Positions 62,203 through 64,000 of a DNA stretch of 64,000 nt are shown here, piece after piece. A program made the position numbers and the translations under genes. The stretch is taken from NCBI GenBank assembly GCA_048940445.1, contig JBHLON010000012.1:17426-81425 (forward strand), written 5' to 3'. Numbering within the stretch: the first letter of the stretch is position 1; each line of letters starts with the position of its first letter. The notes beneath the pieces are model-generated. The model had not been told where the DNA came from. It worked only from the letters and a program-made list of their open reading frames with translations, and did not search any database. This DNA comes from Promethearchaeota archaeon (GTDB lineage: Archaea > Asgardarchaeota > Lokiarchaeia > Sigyniarchaeales > SOKP01).

Positions 62203-64000
62203 CTGTATTTCTTCCTCCTTATCATTTCGAGAAAAGATTCTACTCTTGTAGTTATTTGAGATTCTCCAGTGTGTTCATCTAATGTGAGATCAACAAAAGG
62301 TTTATCTTTCATGTCAAAATCCTGCATTACCAATTCTTGAATTAAAGAATCAGGACCACATGCAAAAGAAATCAAGAAAATACCTCCATCAATCTCTTCA
62401 TTATGGATAACATAATCAGATAATTGCATCAATTCATCTTCATTATCCCAGAAATTGCAAAGATTATCATCAATTTCAACTCTTCTTGAGAAGATTTCCT
62501 TTGGAGCATTTTCAACAGTTACAACATCAACAAAATTGGATTTGAGAATATCCATTAATCCATGATTAATAATTGGTTCATAAGTATTGTATGGATGACC
62601 AAGAACCATTAATGAAAGTGGATAATTTTCATAATCTTTGTTAAGTTTAGGTCGAAATCTTTTCTTAAACTTATAATTTGGATATTTTTCAAAAGGATAC
62701 ATTTTGTAAAGTGCATCAGGAACAAGAATTCCATCCTCAATCAACTCATGGAATTCTTCAAGTTTTTTATATCCATTCTCATACGCAAGTTTTGATTCTT
62801 CTTTTGATTTACCTAATGTTTTTCCAAAATCTATTGCTGATTTCATCATTGAATGTTCCCTGGCATTAAAAGTCCATTCAATAACGGGAATATTAGAAAC
62901 TGCTGAGTGTTGAGTGACATCTGGAAGGATCAGGAATTTCGGACAATAATAATGATCAGGACTTTTACTAATGAGTCTTGGAACAAATATAAAATCTAGA
63001 TCGGGGTGATTTCTCGATAAATAATTTACATGACCATAATGAATCTTGACTGGAATGCATAAATCGGTTGCAGATTGATTAGATCCGTTGGTAAGAATTT
63101 CTTTGTTTGTTTCTGGACTCACAATAACTTCGCAACCAAGACTTGTAAGCATTCCTTCCCATAATGGAAAATACTTGTAGAAATACAGGGAACGTGGTAT
63201 ACCTACCTTCAGTTTTTTCGTCTTTTCAGTCTTCTTCTTATAATTCGTCTTTTCATACAAGTTTCGAAATAGGTTCTTGGGATCCGTTCGTTCTTTCACT
63301 TTATCGTATAATTTCTTGTTATATACCTTCCAGAACAAGTCTTCCTCGTAGAAATTGTGAGTTATCAAGGTTTTCATTCCCCTGAGCTCATGAACCTTTT
63401 CTTCTAGCGCTTTATAGAAGTTAAATCCCTTTCTTTTTTGTTCGAACCCGTAGATGGCAAAATCTATGAATAGCTCATCCTCGATGGGAGCGATCATGTC
63501 TTGATTGACCCACGGGTAGAACTTGTACCCATCTAGTTTGTTTTTTTGCATGCGGTAAGGGACGATCCAAACCGGGAAATAATCAAATAACTCCAGGTAC
63601 CAATTGAAAAATTCTTCCGCGTGAGTGAATGGTATGAAGACATCAACAATCACGTCCGGTTCTCCCCCCTTCTTAGTTAAAAATGGCAATCGTTCGCTGA
63701 TCTTAAGAATATTTGTCGATCCAAGTATATAGGGCCCTACTAACCACCGGACTACTTTATTCTCAAAAATTCCTCCAGCAACATTCCGTATCGACCAGTG
63801 GCAATCTGCATCATACCTGAAAAAATAATCTATGGTGAAGAGGAAGTCTCGCTTTCTTTTCATCGCACTTTTGTAATAAATATCGTAGAAATATTTACTC
63901 TTGTAAGGAGCTTCCTCCTCATTAACGAAGCTGGCAACGCAGAGTACGTTCATATTCTCGGAGAAGATAAGCCCGTCCATCATTTCAATATCCTGCTTTT
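62199..64000 (-). CDS. Fusion of FAD-linked oxidoreductase (DHCR24/VAO-like; N-terminus beyond window) with DUF2229-type activase-associated reductase domain
   Basis: DYFFRYDADCHW, DVFIP, PVWIVP, KTL..Y..VKERTDP..LYEK, then KVGIPR..CIPVKIHYGH..CPK..GHPY..FACGPD..DEHTG..TRVE; frame open to 64000. Confidence 0.8.
   Translation of the reverse strand, partial: KQDIEMMDGLIFSENMNVLCVASFVNEEEAPYKSKYFYDIYYKSAMKRKRDFLFTIDYFFRYDADCHWSIRNVAGGIFENKVVRWLVGPYILGSTNILKISERLPFLTKKGGEPDVIVDVFIPFTHAEEFFNWYLELFDYFPVWIVPYRMQKNKLDGYKFYPWVNQDMIAPIEDELFIDFAIYGFEQKRKGFNFYKALEEKVHELRGMKTLITHNFYEEDLFWKVYNKKLYDKVKERTDPKNLFRNLYEKTNYKKKTEKTKKLKVGIPRSLYFYKYFPLWEGMLTSLGCEVIVSPETNKEILTNGSNQSATDLCIPVKIHYGHVNYLSRNHPDLDFIFVPRLISKSPDHYYCPKFLILPDVTQHSAVSNIPVIEWTFNAREHSMMKSAIDFGKTLGKSKEESKLAYENGYKKLEEFHELIEDGILVPDALYKMYPFEKYPNYKFKKRFRPKLNKDYENYPLSLMVLGHPYNTYEPIINHGLMDILKSNFVDVVTVENAPKEIFSRRVEIDDNLCNFWDNEDELMQLSDYVIHNEEIDGGIFLISFACGPDSLIQELVMQDFDMKDKPFVDLTLDEHTGESQITTRVESFLEMIRRKKYR

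Overview
AT-rich archaeal chromosomal segment, most likely from a Lokiarchaeia (Asgard) genome. This is inferred from a Loki-CTERM-type surface protein, longin/DENN-like, mu-homology-like and pseudo-GTPase proteins, and archaeal herA-mre11-rad50, cdc48 and taw2/trm11-type genes. I found no rRNA, tRNA, CRISPR array or transposase. Most genes are housekeeping, metabolic or transport genes. All protein assignments come from motif recognition by eye; no database search was run. Five things stand out. (1) A winged-HTH-HdrA-ferredoxin-MvhD fusion whose HdrA has lost one cluster-binding motif. It is co-transcribed with a group-3-type [NiFe] hydrogenase that has no C-terminal maturation tail. It lies back-to-back with a TraB-like/mtdB/cdc48 operon, and a shared GATAA-N6-TTATC palindrome marks these promoters. 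This is a candidate one-component H2/redox-sensing regulator. (2) A split PlsA/PlsR- or Ger-like cluster (two CoA-activases plus three reductase/dehydratase-like modules) next to a PlsC-like gene, with one module fused to a DHCR24-like flavoprotein. This is a candidate bacterial-type ether-lipid/plasmalogen pathway in an Asgard archaeon. (3) A single-pass receptor-like protein with Ig-like ectodomain, transmembrane helix and TIR domain. (4) At least four genes whose conserved N-termini require AUA/AUC/AUU-type start codons placed after Shine-Dalgarno motifs. (5) An MttB-corrinoid-homocysteine methyltransferase operon.
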